Shown in pieces: positions 17,823-27,186 of a DNA stretch of 44,720 nt. The notes beneath the pieces are model-generated. The model was not told where the DNA came from, made no database searches, and was given only the letters and a program-made list of their open reading frames with translations. The stretch's first letter is position 1. Each line of letters begins with the position of its first letter. The stretch comes from Deltaproteobacteria bacterium (lineage in GTDB: Bacteria; Desulfobacterota; Dissulfuribacteria; Dissulfuribacterales; QOAL01). The stretch is from NCBI GenBank assembly GCA_027003115.1, contig JALWYS010000148.1:1-44720 (forward strand). Direction: 5' to 3'. Both the position numbers and the translations under genes were made by a program.

Positions 17823-18878
17823 TTAGAGGTCCCCTGGCCTTCCAAGGTCCTCTAGGCCAATCTGGCCGGAGTCAACATAGAAGGAGATGGTCTTTCTTAG
17901 TGCCTCCTTGAGCCCAACCCTTGGCTCCCAGCCCAGAATCTTCTTTGCGTTTGATATGTCAGGGACCCTGTAGCCTACGTCCTGGTAGTCAGGGCCGTAG
18001 TAATCCTCCGAGGAGACTTCCCGGAATTCCACCCTTTCTGCAAGGTGGGAGAGGTGTGGAAACTCCTTGACCACCTCTATCATCATCTGGGCAAGATCGC
18101 GTATGGAATAGTCGTTGTGGGGATTCCCAATGTTGAAGATCTGTGAATCGCAACAGCCATCCCTGTTGTGTATAATCCTGAAAAGACAGTCAAGGCCATC
18201 ATCCACATAGGTGAAACAGCGCCTCTGGCTTCCGCCATCAACGAGGGTAATGGGCTCACCCCTTAGTATGTGGCCAAGGAACTGGGTGACCACCCTTGAG
18301 CTGCCCTCCTTTGGTGTGGCAAGGCTGTCAAGCCCGGAACCAATCCAGTTGAAGGGGCGTATGAGTGTAAAACGAAGGCCCTTGTGCTTTCCCATGGCCC
18401 AGATCACCCTATCCATCATTTGCTTGGCACAGGCGTATATCCAGCGCTGTTTGTGGATGGGCCCATAGACCAGGTTGCTTGTCTCTTCGTTGAACTTCTC
18501 ATCCTCGCACATGCCGTAAACCTCGCTGGTGGATGGGAATATCACCCTTGTTCCGTATCTTGCGCACTGCCTTACGATCCTAAGGTTCTGCTCAAAGTCC
18601 AGCTCAAAAACCGCAAGGGGATCCTTTACATAGCTGGCAGGGGTTGCGATTGCTACCAGGGGAAGACAGACATCACACTTTTTTACATGGTACTCGATCC
18701 ACTCCTTGTTTATGGATATGTCACCTTCTATGAAGTGTACCCGGGGATGATTCACCCTGTCCCCAAGCCTGTCACAGGCGAGATCCATGCCGTATATCTC
18801 CCAGTCTGTCTCATCTACTGCCCTTCTGACAAAGTGGCTTCCAATGAATCCGTTGACCCCAAGTATAAGTATCTTCAT
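17823..18878 (-). CDS. arnA: UDP-glucuronic acid oxidase/decarboxylase (ArnA C-terminal domain as a separate gene)
   Basis: ILGVNGFIG, EWIEYHVKKCD..LPLVAIATP, FELDFE.NL, RWIY, RPFNW, SSRV.TQ motifs. Confidence 0.93.
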   Translation of the reverse strand: MKILILGVNGFIGSHFVRRAVDETDWEIYGMDLACDRLGDRVNHPRVHFIEGDISINKEWIEYHVKKCDVCLPLVAIATPASYVKDPLAVFELDFEQNLRIVRQCARYGTRVIFPSTSEVYGMCEDEKFNEETSNLVYGPIHKQRWIYACAKQMMDRVIWAMGKHKGLRFTLIRPFNWIGSGLDSLATPKEGSSRVVTQFLGHILRGEPITLVDGGSQRRCFTYVDDGLDCLFRIIHNRDGCCDSQIFNIGNPHNDYSIRDLAQMMIEVVKEFPHLSHLAERVEFREVSSEDYYGPDYQDVGYRVPDISNAKKILGWEPRVGLKEALRKTISFYVDSGQIGLEDLGRPGDL

Positions 18879-18907
18879 GAAAGGCTCCTAAATAGCTTCT
18901 GTATTTC

Positions 18908-19828
18908 TTATCTCAAAATGACTTGCCTTTTAAAAAGCTCTTCTGGGATTTTGCCCGCATCAGGCGCAATTTTATTTGTAAAAGAGGCGCTAATCACCCT
19001 TAGCATCCCCTTTCCTGTCTGTACAAGCACCCTTTCATCCTGAACATGCACCGTACCCTCCTTGAAGCCAAGGTGGGTGTCCTCGAGGGGCTCCGCGTCC
19101 CAGATAAAAAGACTCCTATCTTCCAATTGGCAAAATGCCCCAGGATAGGGCCAGGTAACGGCCCTTATTAGGTTGTAAATGTTTACGCAGGAATCCTTCC
19201 AGTTGATCCTTCCATCCTCAGGACGCCTTCCTCCAAAGTATGTGGCCTTGGAATGGTCCTGGGGGATACGGGGTGCCGTACCGTCAAGGAGCATTGGAAT
19301 GAACCTTCGCAGGACCTGTTCCGCAGCATCCTCGAGCTTTTTGAAAAGGGTAAGGGCCGTATCCCTAGGCGAGACCTCAACCGCCTCCTGGCCAACTATG
19401 TCCCCTGCATCAGGCCTTACAACCATGTGGTGCAAGGTTACTCCGCTTACCCGCTCTCCATGGACGAGCTGCCAATTCACTGGGCAGCGACCCCTGTACT
19501 TTGGAAGAAGGGATCCGTGCAAATTCACGGCTGCAATGCGGGGGATGGAAAGTATCTCCTCCTTGATCATCTGCCTGAAATAACAAGATAGAATCACCTC
19601 TGGAGAAAGGTCCCTCAGAAGATCCACCCACTCTTTTTCATTTACATTTTCAGGAAAGTAAACTGGGATATTGTAACTCCTTGCAAGGGCTGCAAGGGAG
19701 TCAAACCATATGTTTTCAGACTCACTATCTTTGTGGGTAAAGACTGCTGGCACATCCAAGCCAAGATCCATGAGGACCTTCAGCGCCCTGCACCCCATAT
19801 TGTGATATCCGAGAAGGACAACGGACAT
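18908..19828 (-). CDS. arnA: UDP-4-amino-4-deoxy-L-arabinose formyltransferase (ArnA N-terminal domain as a separate gene)
   Basis: YHNMG, VFTH.D...ENIWF, NLHGSLLPKYRGR.P.NW, YFGGRRPEDG, NLIRAVT.PYPGAF motifs. Confidence 0.92.
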   Translation of the reverse strand: MSVVLLGYHNMGCRALKVLMDLGLDVPAVFTHKDSESENIWFDSLAALARSYNIPVYFPENVNEKEWVDLLRDLSPEVILSCYFRQMIKEEILSIPRIAAVNLHGSLLPKYRGRCPVNWQLVHGERVSGVTLHHMVVRPDAGDIVGQEAVEVSPRDTALTLFKKLEDAAEQVLRRFIPMLLDGTAPRIPQDHSKATYFGGRRPEDGRINWKDSCVNIYNLIRAVTWPYPGAFCQLEDRSLFIWDAEPLEDTHLGFKEGTVHVQDERVLVQTGKGMLRVISASFTNKIAPDAGKIPEELFKRQVILR

Positions 19829-20038
19829 GGCCCCTCCTAATTCCTTGTTATTGGCATCATTGATTGGTCTTGATGGTCAAAAGGCGGGGCCCCACCCGGA
19901 ATTGTAAAGGGAGTGCCCCCTTGACAACTACCTCTGCAGAGATAATCGCCAAAAGGAATCCTGCTGCAATGTCGGTCAGAAAGTTGGACTGACCCACAAA
20001 TCTTCCCAGAGAAACAAACATTGCAAAAGACATAAACA

Positions 20039-21299
20039 GAGACCTCTTAAAAAGAGCTTTCAATTCGGCGTTTTTGAGCTTAAGCTCATAAAAAATGGCA
20101 TGAATCAAACACAACGAGATTTTATCACAAATTAGGGCATTGTATGCATGATTTTCATGTCATATCTAAGCTTATTTCCGTCTATTTCTGCCAGAAGGCG
20201 CACTACTCCTATGAAATCCTTTATCCGGTGGCCAGTGAACAGGCTCGTCGCAGGTTGTAAGCCATGGAAATAAGGAGAAGATGAACCTCGTTTCTAAAAA
20301 GCCCTATATATCTAGCCCGGGCATGGCCCCATTTGCTCTTTATTATGGCAAAGGGCCTTTCTACCTGGGCCCGTATCTTGGAAATCTCCTTGTTCCTTTT
20401 CTTGTCTTTCTCAGAAAGAGGTGCCCCTCTATAAGCCTTCTTCATAAGACCGTTCTTGATGCCCTTTGCTTCAAGCTCCTTGGCCCTATGTTTGTCATAA
20501 TATGCCTTGTCTGCATATACGGCCTTTTCATCCCCGCTAAGAAGCTCATTGAATATCTCATGGTCATTTACTCTTGCCTGGGTCATCTCAGCTTTTCTGA
20601 TTATGCCAGAGCCCTGGTCCACTCCAATATGGGCCTTGTAGCCATAGCAGTGCTTCTTATTCTTGCCTTTTCCCTTTGCTCCCCAGGAGGCCTCTGGGTC
20701 CCTGGGCTTCTTGTCTTTTCCAGGGGGTCTTGTGGCAGCAGGATAAAAGGTGGCATCAATCAGAGTGCCAGCCTTTACCACAAAACCCTTGTTCTCTATC
20801 TGTCTGTTGATTTCCTCAAAAAGCTCTTTTGCAAGATCACCAAGCTGTTTTCTGAAAAGGCAAATTGTGGTTTCATCAGGACCTGTTTGGGTAATCTCCA
20901 TATCTAGGAAGACCTTGAAAGAGATCCTGTCATTGACCTGGGCTTCTGCCTGGGGATCAGAGAGCCCGAACCACTGCTGGAGCAAGAGAATCTTGAACAT
21001 GAGGACCGGGTCATATGCAGGTCTTCCTGTATTGGAGGGATGGAGTCCTGCGAGCTTTTTACGAATTGGAGCCCAGTCGATGATGTCGTTGACCTTGTGG
21101 AGCCAATGGGCGGTGTTGATACAGTTCTTGACCTGGAATTGTGCAAATGATAACTGTTGGGTTTTCTTTCGTATCATTGCGATATCTCCTTGATTATGAA
21201 CTGTAGCTATTATAAAATATTTAGTAAAATTTGGCAATAGCTAGTAAATACTATACTGATTTAGTTTTTAAATGAGACAAAAAGTTTCTCAGAGGTCTC
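20039..21299 (-). mobile_element. IS5-family insertion sequence (IS1106-like ends), 1261 bp
   Basis: Terminal inverted repeats GAGACCTCTTAAAAA / GAGACCTCTGAGAAA (first 9 bp perfect), flanked by the direct repeat AAACA at 20034-20038 and 21300-21304. Confidence 0.93.
20221..21177 (-). CDS. IS5-family DDE transposase
   Basis: GRP.Y, LLQQWFGLSDP..E, PDETT, IDAT, YGYK.H, YADKAY, R..VE motifs. AGGAGA RBS before ATG 21177. Confidence 0.95.
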   Translation of the reverse strand: MIRKKTQQLSFAQFQVKNCINTAHWLHKVNDIIDWAPIRKKLAGLHPSNTGRPAYDPVLMFKILLLQQWFGLSDPQAEAQVNDRISFKVFLDMEITQTGPDETTICLFRKQLGDLAKELFEEINRQIENKGFVVKAGTLIDATFYPAATRPPGKDKKPRDPEASWGAKGKGKNKKHCYGYKAHIGVDQGSGIIRKAEMTQARVNDHEIFNELLSGDEKAVYADKAYYDKHRAKELEAKGIKNGLMKKAYRGAPLSEKDKKRNKEISKIRAQVERPFAIIKSKWGHARARYIGLFRNEVHLLLISMAYNLRRACSLATG

Positions 21300-21787
21300 A
21301 AACAGATACTTATACCTTGGAAAATAATGGGAAAGAACAAGGGCAACAACAAGTGCCCCCGCTGCATGCCCTGACGGGAAGGAGTGAAAGTCGTTCCTTG
21401 TCGAAAACATGCTAAGGGCCCAGCTCTCTAGACCTGTGCCAGGCCTTGGACGGCCAATTACGAATTTCAAAAGCTGCCCTGCAAGCCCTGCCACCACAAA
21501 GGCCAAAACTGTTTGAATCATACACTTTCGCCGGTAAGACCGCGTACCCTTGGGAACGAAAAAACAGAACAACAAAGTGAGGCCCAGCAGGACTATGCCG
21601 TTTCCCAGGAGATCGGCACTGTGGGCCCAAAGGGTTCCAAGATCGCTGTTTGAAAGTGGCAGGACCAAATTGAAAAAAAACCTGTCAAGGGGTATGACCA
21701 AAGAGCAAAGTATGAGCCCAATAATCAGAAAGTAGAAATACCAACGCCCAAACAGAAAATGTGCAGAGCGGAACGAAGGAAGCACCT

Positions 21788-24073
21788 TTACCAGATACCC
21801 CTCATTCCGAACTCTTTCCTGACCCTGTCTATTCGTCTTTCAAGGTCAACACGCCACTCAGCATGTATCCTGGCACTAGGTGGTGCAATGAGTTCCGGAA
21901 GCCCGTAAACCAGCCTGTCTGCCGCCTGGCTCGCCTCAATGACTGCCTCTATACTCCTTGCGCCAAACTTGTACTTTGCCACAAGAAGCCTCAGGAGGAG
22001 CCCAGATGTCTTTCTCGCAGCCTTTTTCCAGTGGGTCTCCATCTGGTGGGCAATTATGAAGGCCCTTTTAAGAAGTATTCGCTTTAGTCTTTCAAGTTCG
22101 GCGCCAGAGGCGGAATCCCTTAGTAGCTCTTCTGGAATGTCTATGCCATCGATATCGATTACAACCCTCAACCTGCTCATAAAATCGGGTATCTTAAGTG
22201 CCTTTATTTTCCTGAGTTCCTCATGGTCATCCGTATGAAGCAGGGCCTCCATGGCGCTATAGGAATCCTTCACCCCTCCTGCAAACACAAAGACACTTCG
22301 CCCAATGTAACGTGGTATGCCATCAACATAGGTAACACCGTCCTGCATGGATGGAAGAAAGTAGCGCAAGTAACCAAACTCGTTGTCATCGTAGCGACAG
22401 TCAAACTCATCCCAGAAGGCCACAGGCACCCTTCCCTTGGCAACACTTGCCCTCACAAGATCAATGGCAGAGTTAATCTCCTCAGGACCGGAAAATTGGG
22501 TGAGATTGAACTCGAAAAACTCAAAGGGATTGGTATCGAAATTTTCCGCAATGACCTTTGCCACCTGTTCCACTGCAAAGGATTTGCCAGAACCAGGAGG
22601 GCCAAAAACACCTATGCACAAAGGACGCTTGCAGACCTCACGCATGACATAACTGTTCATTACACCCCTTAGGGTAACAACCGGTGCCATCTCAGCCGGG
22701 TCGGTGGTGCGAAGATGTCCAACATTGAACATCCTCAAATCCTTGAAGCCCTGTTTGCGGTTGACCTCCTCCTTTAGATTCTTGAGAACCTGTAGGATCA
22801 CAGAGATGTAGCCGAGATTGTCCACCTTGTCATCGATGTGGCAAGAACTCCGCTTCTCCACATTGGTAAAGAACTGGCGAAATGCCTCCTTTCTTTCTTC
22901 ATCCCAAGACTGGCAGGAAACCTTTTCCAGGATACGCTCCATCTCAAGGCTGTAGGGCGGAAGTTCAAAGAAGCACGGATCTGATTCCGTCTCCAGGAAG
23001 GAACACGGAACCCCTTTGGGATAGTTGGAAGAAAAGTCAAGGTCCGGAAACTCGAGGGCCCCTGAAAAGGCGTAGCCCTTTTGACGAAGGAGCTCCCAAT
23101 TCATCAGGACCCTCTTTGAAAAGTCAAAGAAGAAACTCCTTTCACTGGGAATCCTTGAAAGTCTCAAGGCATCTAAGGTAAGCATTGCCGTAACCAGTGT
23201 ATCGTAACATGGCACAGAGCCCCGCTGTCTGTTGGACCCCCTTTCAGGAAGGCTCGCCTCCTTGTGCCTGAACATCATGTGGCGTGGCCCCACGTATAAC
23301 AGGGCATTGGGAAATATCTCCACAAGGATGTGGCATTTGAACCTCATGGATGAAGGACGCCACAGCCCAACCTCGTCGGATTTGAGGGCCCTGATGCACA
23401 TTGCAACCAGGGACTCCCAGACCACCGCACTGTCCATCTCCATGCGCGTAGTCTCAAGGTCTGACAGGCGGCAAAAGAGCATGAACTTGTTTCCAAAGGC
23501 ATCTGCCCAGTCCTGCCAGTTGGCAGGCGTTATTCCAAGGGCCATGACCCAGGCATTTGGGTTCCTTTTCTTAAGCTCCTGGGCAATGCGCGGAGGATTG
23601 CCACCGTCATCCACTATGATGATCCCCGAATTGTCGCTCACCTTTTTCTGGTTTTCTCCATCCAGATCGACATGATCCGGTTGGCCAGGACGGCCGCCTG
23701 GAGGCAAAATCTGGCGCATCATGAACCAGCCGTGGCCAGGATCCTCAGTGGGCTCTCCCTTCTTGTAAAATATCTGGAATACGTCCCTGGGCTCCCCGTA
23801 GGATATCGTGCTTATCTTCGGGGCAAGTTCCGAGGGGGTGAGAAAGGAAGAAAGCCAAGTCAGGCACTCTTCCAGCCTGCCTTCCTCGGTTGTTATCTCT
23901 CCTGCCAGAAGCTCGATAAAATCCCCGGGATTGTAACCGTAGGCTGGAAGGCTGCCTTCGGCTATCATGCTTACTTCCTTTATGGGAAGATTGGTTATCT
24001 TTACATGGGAACCAAGCAAGAGAAGTCTGTGATCTGTCTTCACCTTGTCACCCCCGTTAAAGCCACTTACCAA
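21788..24073 (-). CDS. Uncharacterised AAA+ ATPase (ClpA/B-D2-like module) with large N-terminal domain
   Basis: Walker A GPPGSGKS, FNLTQF, Walker B VAFWDEFD, MQDG, PDFMSRL, GARSIE. Start codon uncertain (TTG). Confidence 0.8.
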   Translation of the reverse strand: MVSGFNGGDKVKTDHRLLLLGSHVKITNLPIKEVSMIAEGSLPAYGYNPGDFIELLAGEITTEEGRLEECLTWLSSFLTPSELAPKISTISYGEPRDVFQIFYKKGEPTEDPGHGWFMMRQILPPGGRPGQPDHVDLDGENQKKVSDNSGIIIVDDGGNPPRIAQELKKRNPNAWVMALGITPANWQDWADAFGNKFMLFCRLSDLETTRMEMDSAVVWESLVAMCIRALKSDEVGLWRPSSMRFKCHILVEIFPNALLYVGPRHMMFRHKEASLPERGSNRQRGSVPCYDTLVTAMLTLDALRLSRIPSERSFFFDFSKRVLMNWELLRQKGYAFSGALEFPDLDFSSNYPKGVPCSFLETESDPCFFELPPYSLEMERILEKVSCQSWDEERKEAFRQFFTNVEKRSSCHIDDKVDNLGYISVILQVLKNLKEEVNRKQGFKDLRMFNVGHLRTTDPAEMAPVVTLRGVMNSYVMREVCKRPLCIGVFGPPGSGKSFAVEQVAKVIAENFDTNPFEFFEFNLTQFSGPEEINSAIDLVRASVAKGRVPVAFWDEFDCRYDDNEFGYLRYFLPSMQDGVTYVDGIPRYIGRSVFVFAGGVKDSYSAMEALLHTDDHEELRKIKALKIPDFMSRLRVVIDIDGIDIPEELLRDSASGAELERLKRILLKRAFIIAHQMETHWKKAARKTSGLLLRLLVAKYKFGARSIEAVIEASQAADRLVYGLPELIAPPSARIHAEWRVDLERRIDRVRKEFGMRGIW

Positions 24074-24124
24074 ATACGAAACAAGACTTTAAAGACTCCC
24101 TGAATGAAGCTGTCTTATTCGTCA

Positions 24125-25657
24125 TCAGTTCCACTGCCAAATTGGCCCTTGCGTCTGCGCTGGCCCATTTTCAGGGGCTTCCACTGAAGGGACCTCTATC
24201 TTTTTTTCTGTTACCTCCTTTGGGGAAGATGGTAGAGCCTGCGCGGGAACCGAGGCTGCTGGAAGTTGAGAACCTCCTTCTGCATGATGGCCCCTTTCCA
24301 TCTCAAGCTGTCTCCTTAGTGCCTCAATCTGTGCACCTGAATCAAAGGAGTGGACACCGCCTTCCACGGGCTTTTGTACCTCCTGGGCCATAACGTGCGG
24401 AGGCGTGGTTTTTACCACCAACTCTTCGTCAGAGTCACCCCAAGGCCAAAGCCTTGAAAGCCAGCCCTTTTCCTTCTTCCTCTCCACCTTGATGTTCTCT
24501 ATCTGTCCTAGAGCCTTTTCCAAAGGAACCGGCTCCGGGATGCTAAACTCCACTTCTGGCGGTGGAGGAACAGGAAGCTTTTCCTTGGAGCTCACCACCA
24601 CTGGCTCCTTGTCTTCCTTCTCCTTCTCAAGCCTTGTCTCCTTTGCCTGGGAGACGGTTGGCAACTGGTTCTCCTTTTCCTTACTGCCAAAGGGCCAAAG
24701 CCAAGAGTACCAGCTCCCCTTTTCCTTCTGTGCAGCCCCAGATGAAGGGGACGATCCTTCCTCAGTATCTCCCGCACTGGTCATTTGCGTTTCGTTTTTG
24801 ACAGACACTTTCTTTGGAGTTTCCACGGCATTTTCATCATCGTCAGGTTCATAGACATCTGGCAGTGGGAAAAAGGAATTGTCGTCCTCCTCCTCTGTTT
24901 TAACGGTTGCAGCCTTATTTACTGTATTGCCAGTCATTTCACCTTCTGGCACGTCATCACCTGCGTCATAAACGTCGGGCAAAGGCATGTAAGAGTCGTC
25001 CTCACCAGTTGCCAAAGGACGACTGCTGCCTGTTTGTTGTGCTTGCCTCTTCTGCTGCCTGATCTCACGTTCCTCGTCCTTTTCAAGTCTTTGGCGAACA
25101 AGGATGTCTGGATGAAGCCTCGCCATTGCAAATTCATCATTGGCCTCTATCTTTTTTGACCCAGGTCCTGCAAGGGTTGCAAAATTGGAAACTGTATCGG
25201 CAACAAGTACCTCGCCTGTATGCTTTATGGCATCAGCCATTTTTGCTGAAAGAAGACTGGTTTTTTGGGCAAGCATGCCAAGATCTGAGGCCACAAGGTC
25301 CCAGGTTTTTACTGTCTTGCCATTTTGGGAGGATTTGAGCCAAAAAGAGGCCCCAAAACCATTGCCCATTCGAGAAACCTTGCCAGAAAGTATAAAATCG
25401 GCAAGTTCCACCACACTTGTTTTTCCCTTTCCCACCAAAACCGTGTCTATGTCCTCAGACGAAAGCCTGGTAATGAGCATCTGGCTCAAGGCCTTTCCAA
25501 TATATGCCGGGGAAGAAGAATCACACTTGATGGGCTCTATGGCTACCAGAGGTTTTTTGGATCCTTGAGCATATGCTGCAACGACAAACAATAAGAGCAG
25601 AAAAATAAAAAAAGAAAAAAACAATGAATTCCAGCGAAAAAATACTTTTTTTACCAT
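24125..25657 (-). CDS. Exported hypothetical protein: signal peptide, small globular (TolB-N/CsgG-like) domain, long acidic low-complexity tail with short repeats
   Basis: Hydrophobic N-terminus ending AYA. Motifs PLPDVY and W.S.LWP each occur twice. Confidence 0.7.
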   Translation of the reverse strand: MVKKVFFRWNSLFFSFFIFLLLLFVVAAYAQGSKKPLVAIEPIKCDSSSPAYIGKALSQMLITRLSSEDIDTVLVGKGKTSVVELADFILSGKVSRMGNGFGASFWLKSSQNGKTVKTWDLVASDLGMLAQKTSLLSAKMADAIKHTGEVLVADTVSNFATLAGPGSKKIEANDEFAMARLHPDILVRQRLEKDEEREIRQQKRQAQQTGSSRPLATGEDDSYMPLPDVYDAGDDVPEGEMTGNTVNKAATVKTEEEDDNSFFPLPDVYEPDDDENAVETPKKVSVKNETQMTSAGDTEEGSSPSSGAAQKEKGSWYSWLWPFGSKEKENQLPTVSQAKETRLEKEKEDKEPVVVSSKEKLPVPPPPEVEFSIPEPVPLEKALGQIENIKVERKKEKGWLSRLWPWGDSDEELVVKTTPPHVMAQEVQKPVEGGVHSFDSGAQIEALRRQLEMERGHHAEGGSQLPAASVPAQALPSSPKEVTEKKIEVPSVEAPENGPAQTQGPIWQWN

Positions 25658-25660
25658 TTT

Positions 25661-27067
25661 TTAAGCTGCCTTCTTGGATTTTGGCATAAGACCCAATTTC
25701 TTCATTTTTTCAATGAGGGTAGTTCTGTTCATCTTAAGTAGTTTGGCGGCCCGGTTCTTTACGCCGTCTGTCCTTTCAAGGGCCATAAGTATGAGCCTTT
25801 TTTCAAGTTCAGAAACCGCCTGGCTAAGGCTTAACCCGTCTTCAGGAAATTCCAGATCTCCAGAAATTGCGCGCCCGGAAGCCCCAACTGTCTTTTCAAC
25901 TATCTGAAAGGGAAGGTCATCCTTGGTGATCATTTTGCCATTTGCAAGAATAACCATTCGCTCCATGATGTTTTCAAGCTCCCTGACGTTACCAGGCCAG
26001 TCATACCTGGTAAGGATGTCCAGGGCCTCATCCGTTATACCTTCTACACATCTCTTTTTACCACTACAGTACTTTTTGAGAAAGTGGTTGGCGAGAAGGG
26101 GTATGTCGCTCTTTCTCTCTCTTAGCGGTGGCACATGAATGGGTATGACGTTCAGCCTGTAAAAGAGATCTTCTCGGAATCTACCCTCCTTTACAGCTAT
26201 CTCAAGGTCCTGGTTCGTTGCGGAAACCACCCTTATATCCACTGATATGGTCTTTACACCACCCACCCTCTCGAATTTCCTCTCCTGAAGCACCCTGAGA
26301 AGCTTCACCTGCAGAGATGGGCTCATCTCCCCTATCTCGTCGAGAAATATGGTGCCCTTGTTGGCAAGCTCGAACCTGCCAATTCTTGTTTTGATGGCGT
26401 GGGTAAAGGCCCCTTTTTCATGGCCAAAGAGCTCGCTTTCCAGGAGTTCTTCCGGAATGGCTGCACAGTTGACAGGTATGAAGGGACCATCCTTCCTGTC
26501 ACTGGCGTAGTGAATCGCATGGGCAATGAGTTCCTTGCCCGTACCGCTTTCACCAGTGATAAGAACGGTGCTGTCGGTGTCGGCAACCTTTTCCACCAGC
26601 CCAAAGACCTCTTGCATGGCCTTGCTGTTGCCAACTATGTTTTCAAAACCATACCTGGTCTTAAGTTCCTTCTTTAGGCTCTTGTTCTCCCTTTTTAGAT
26701 TTCTGAGCTCAAGGGCCTTATCAATTAGAATCGTTACTTCATCCGGCTTAATGGGCTTACAAAGATAATCGTATGCCCCCATTTTCAGGGCCTCTACAGC
26801 ACCCTGTATGGACCCAAAACCGGTAATGATTATGCATATTGTTTCAGGGGAGTGCTGCGTAACATAACGGAGCACATCCATGCCCGTCTTTCTGGGCATG
26901 CTAAGATCTGTTAGCACTATGTCAAAAAAACGGTTGTCCAGAATCTCTATGGCCTCCTGGCCATCACTGGCACTTTCAACAGAAAAGCCCTTGGCCCGGA
27001 GCACCTCTGACATGGTAAAACGTATGTCAGGGGAGTCATCAACGACCAAAATACACTCGTTTCTCAT
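25661..27067 (-). CDS. Sigma-54-dependent response regulator (REC-AAA-HTH), FleQ/FlrA-like HTH
   Basis: VVDD..TDLSMP..KP receiver, [40 protein letters not shown]. Confidence 0.93.
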   Translation of the reverse strand: MRNECILVVDDSPDIRFTMSEVLRAKGFSVESASDGQEAIEILDNRFFDIVLTDLSMPRKTGMDVLRYVTQHSPETICIIITGFGSIQGAVEALKMGAYDYLCKPIKPDEVTILIDKALELRNLKRENKSLKKELKTRYGFENIVGNSKAMQEVFGLVEKVADTDSTVLITGESGTGKELIAHAIHYASDRKDGPFIPVNCAAIPEELLESELFGHEKGAFTHAIKTRIGRFELANKGTIFLDEIGEMSPSLQVKLLRVLQERKFERVGGVKTISVDIRVVSATNQDLEIAVKEGRFREDLFYRLNVIPIHVPPLRERKSDIPLLANHFLKKYCSGKKRCVEGITDEALDILTRYDWPGNVRELENIMERMVILANGKMITKDDLPFQIVEKTVGASGRAISGDLEFPEDGLSLSQAVSELEKRLILMALERTDGVKNRAAKLLKMNRTTLIEKMKKLGLMPKSKKAA

Positions 27068-27186
27068 CTTTATTCCTCTCCCTGTTCTCCTCTGCCTCCG
27101 TGAAGGCCCTATGAAAAAGCAGCCTATAAGATACCCATTTCTTCAAATTGTTGATAATTTCAGGTTAATAAACAGGTAGATAGGTG

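Larger units (their letters stand above)
19857..21785 (-). pseudogene. PAP2-family phosphatase (LpxE/LpxF/undecaprenyl-PP phosphatase-like) interrupted by an IS5-family element
   Basis: The 5' part (21785-21300) has K..IGRPRP and SFPSGH. The 3' part (20033-19857) has R....S(N)FLTD. Removing the IS and one AAACA copy rejoins them in frame (..RYKYLF|MSFAMF..) as a 220-aa ORF. Confidence 0.9.

Noticed and set aside
19857-20114. 85-aa ORF treated as a stand-alone gene
   Set aside because: Its first 25 codons are IS sequence and the rest is the PAP2 C-terminus.
21178-21237. Longer transposase start given in the ORF track
   Set aside because: The AGGAGA RBS supports ATG 21177.
21673-21680. A8 tract in the PAP2 gene (other A/T7-8 runs elsewhere) as phase-variation sites
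   Set aside because: Short A/T runs are common throughout this window and all the frames are intact.
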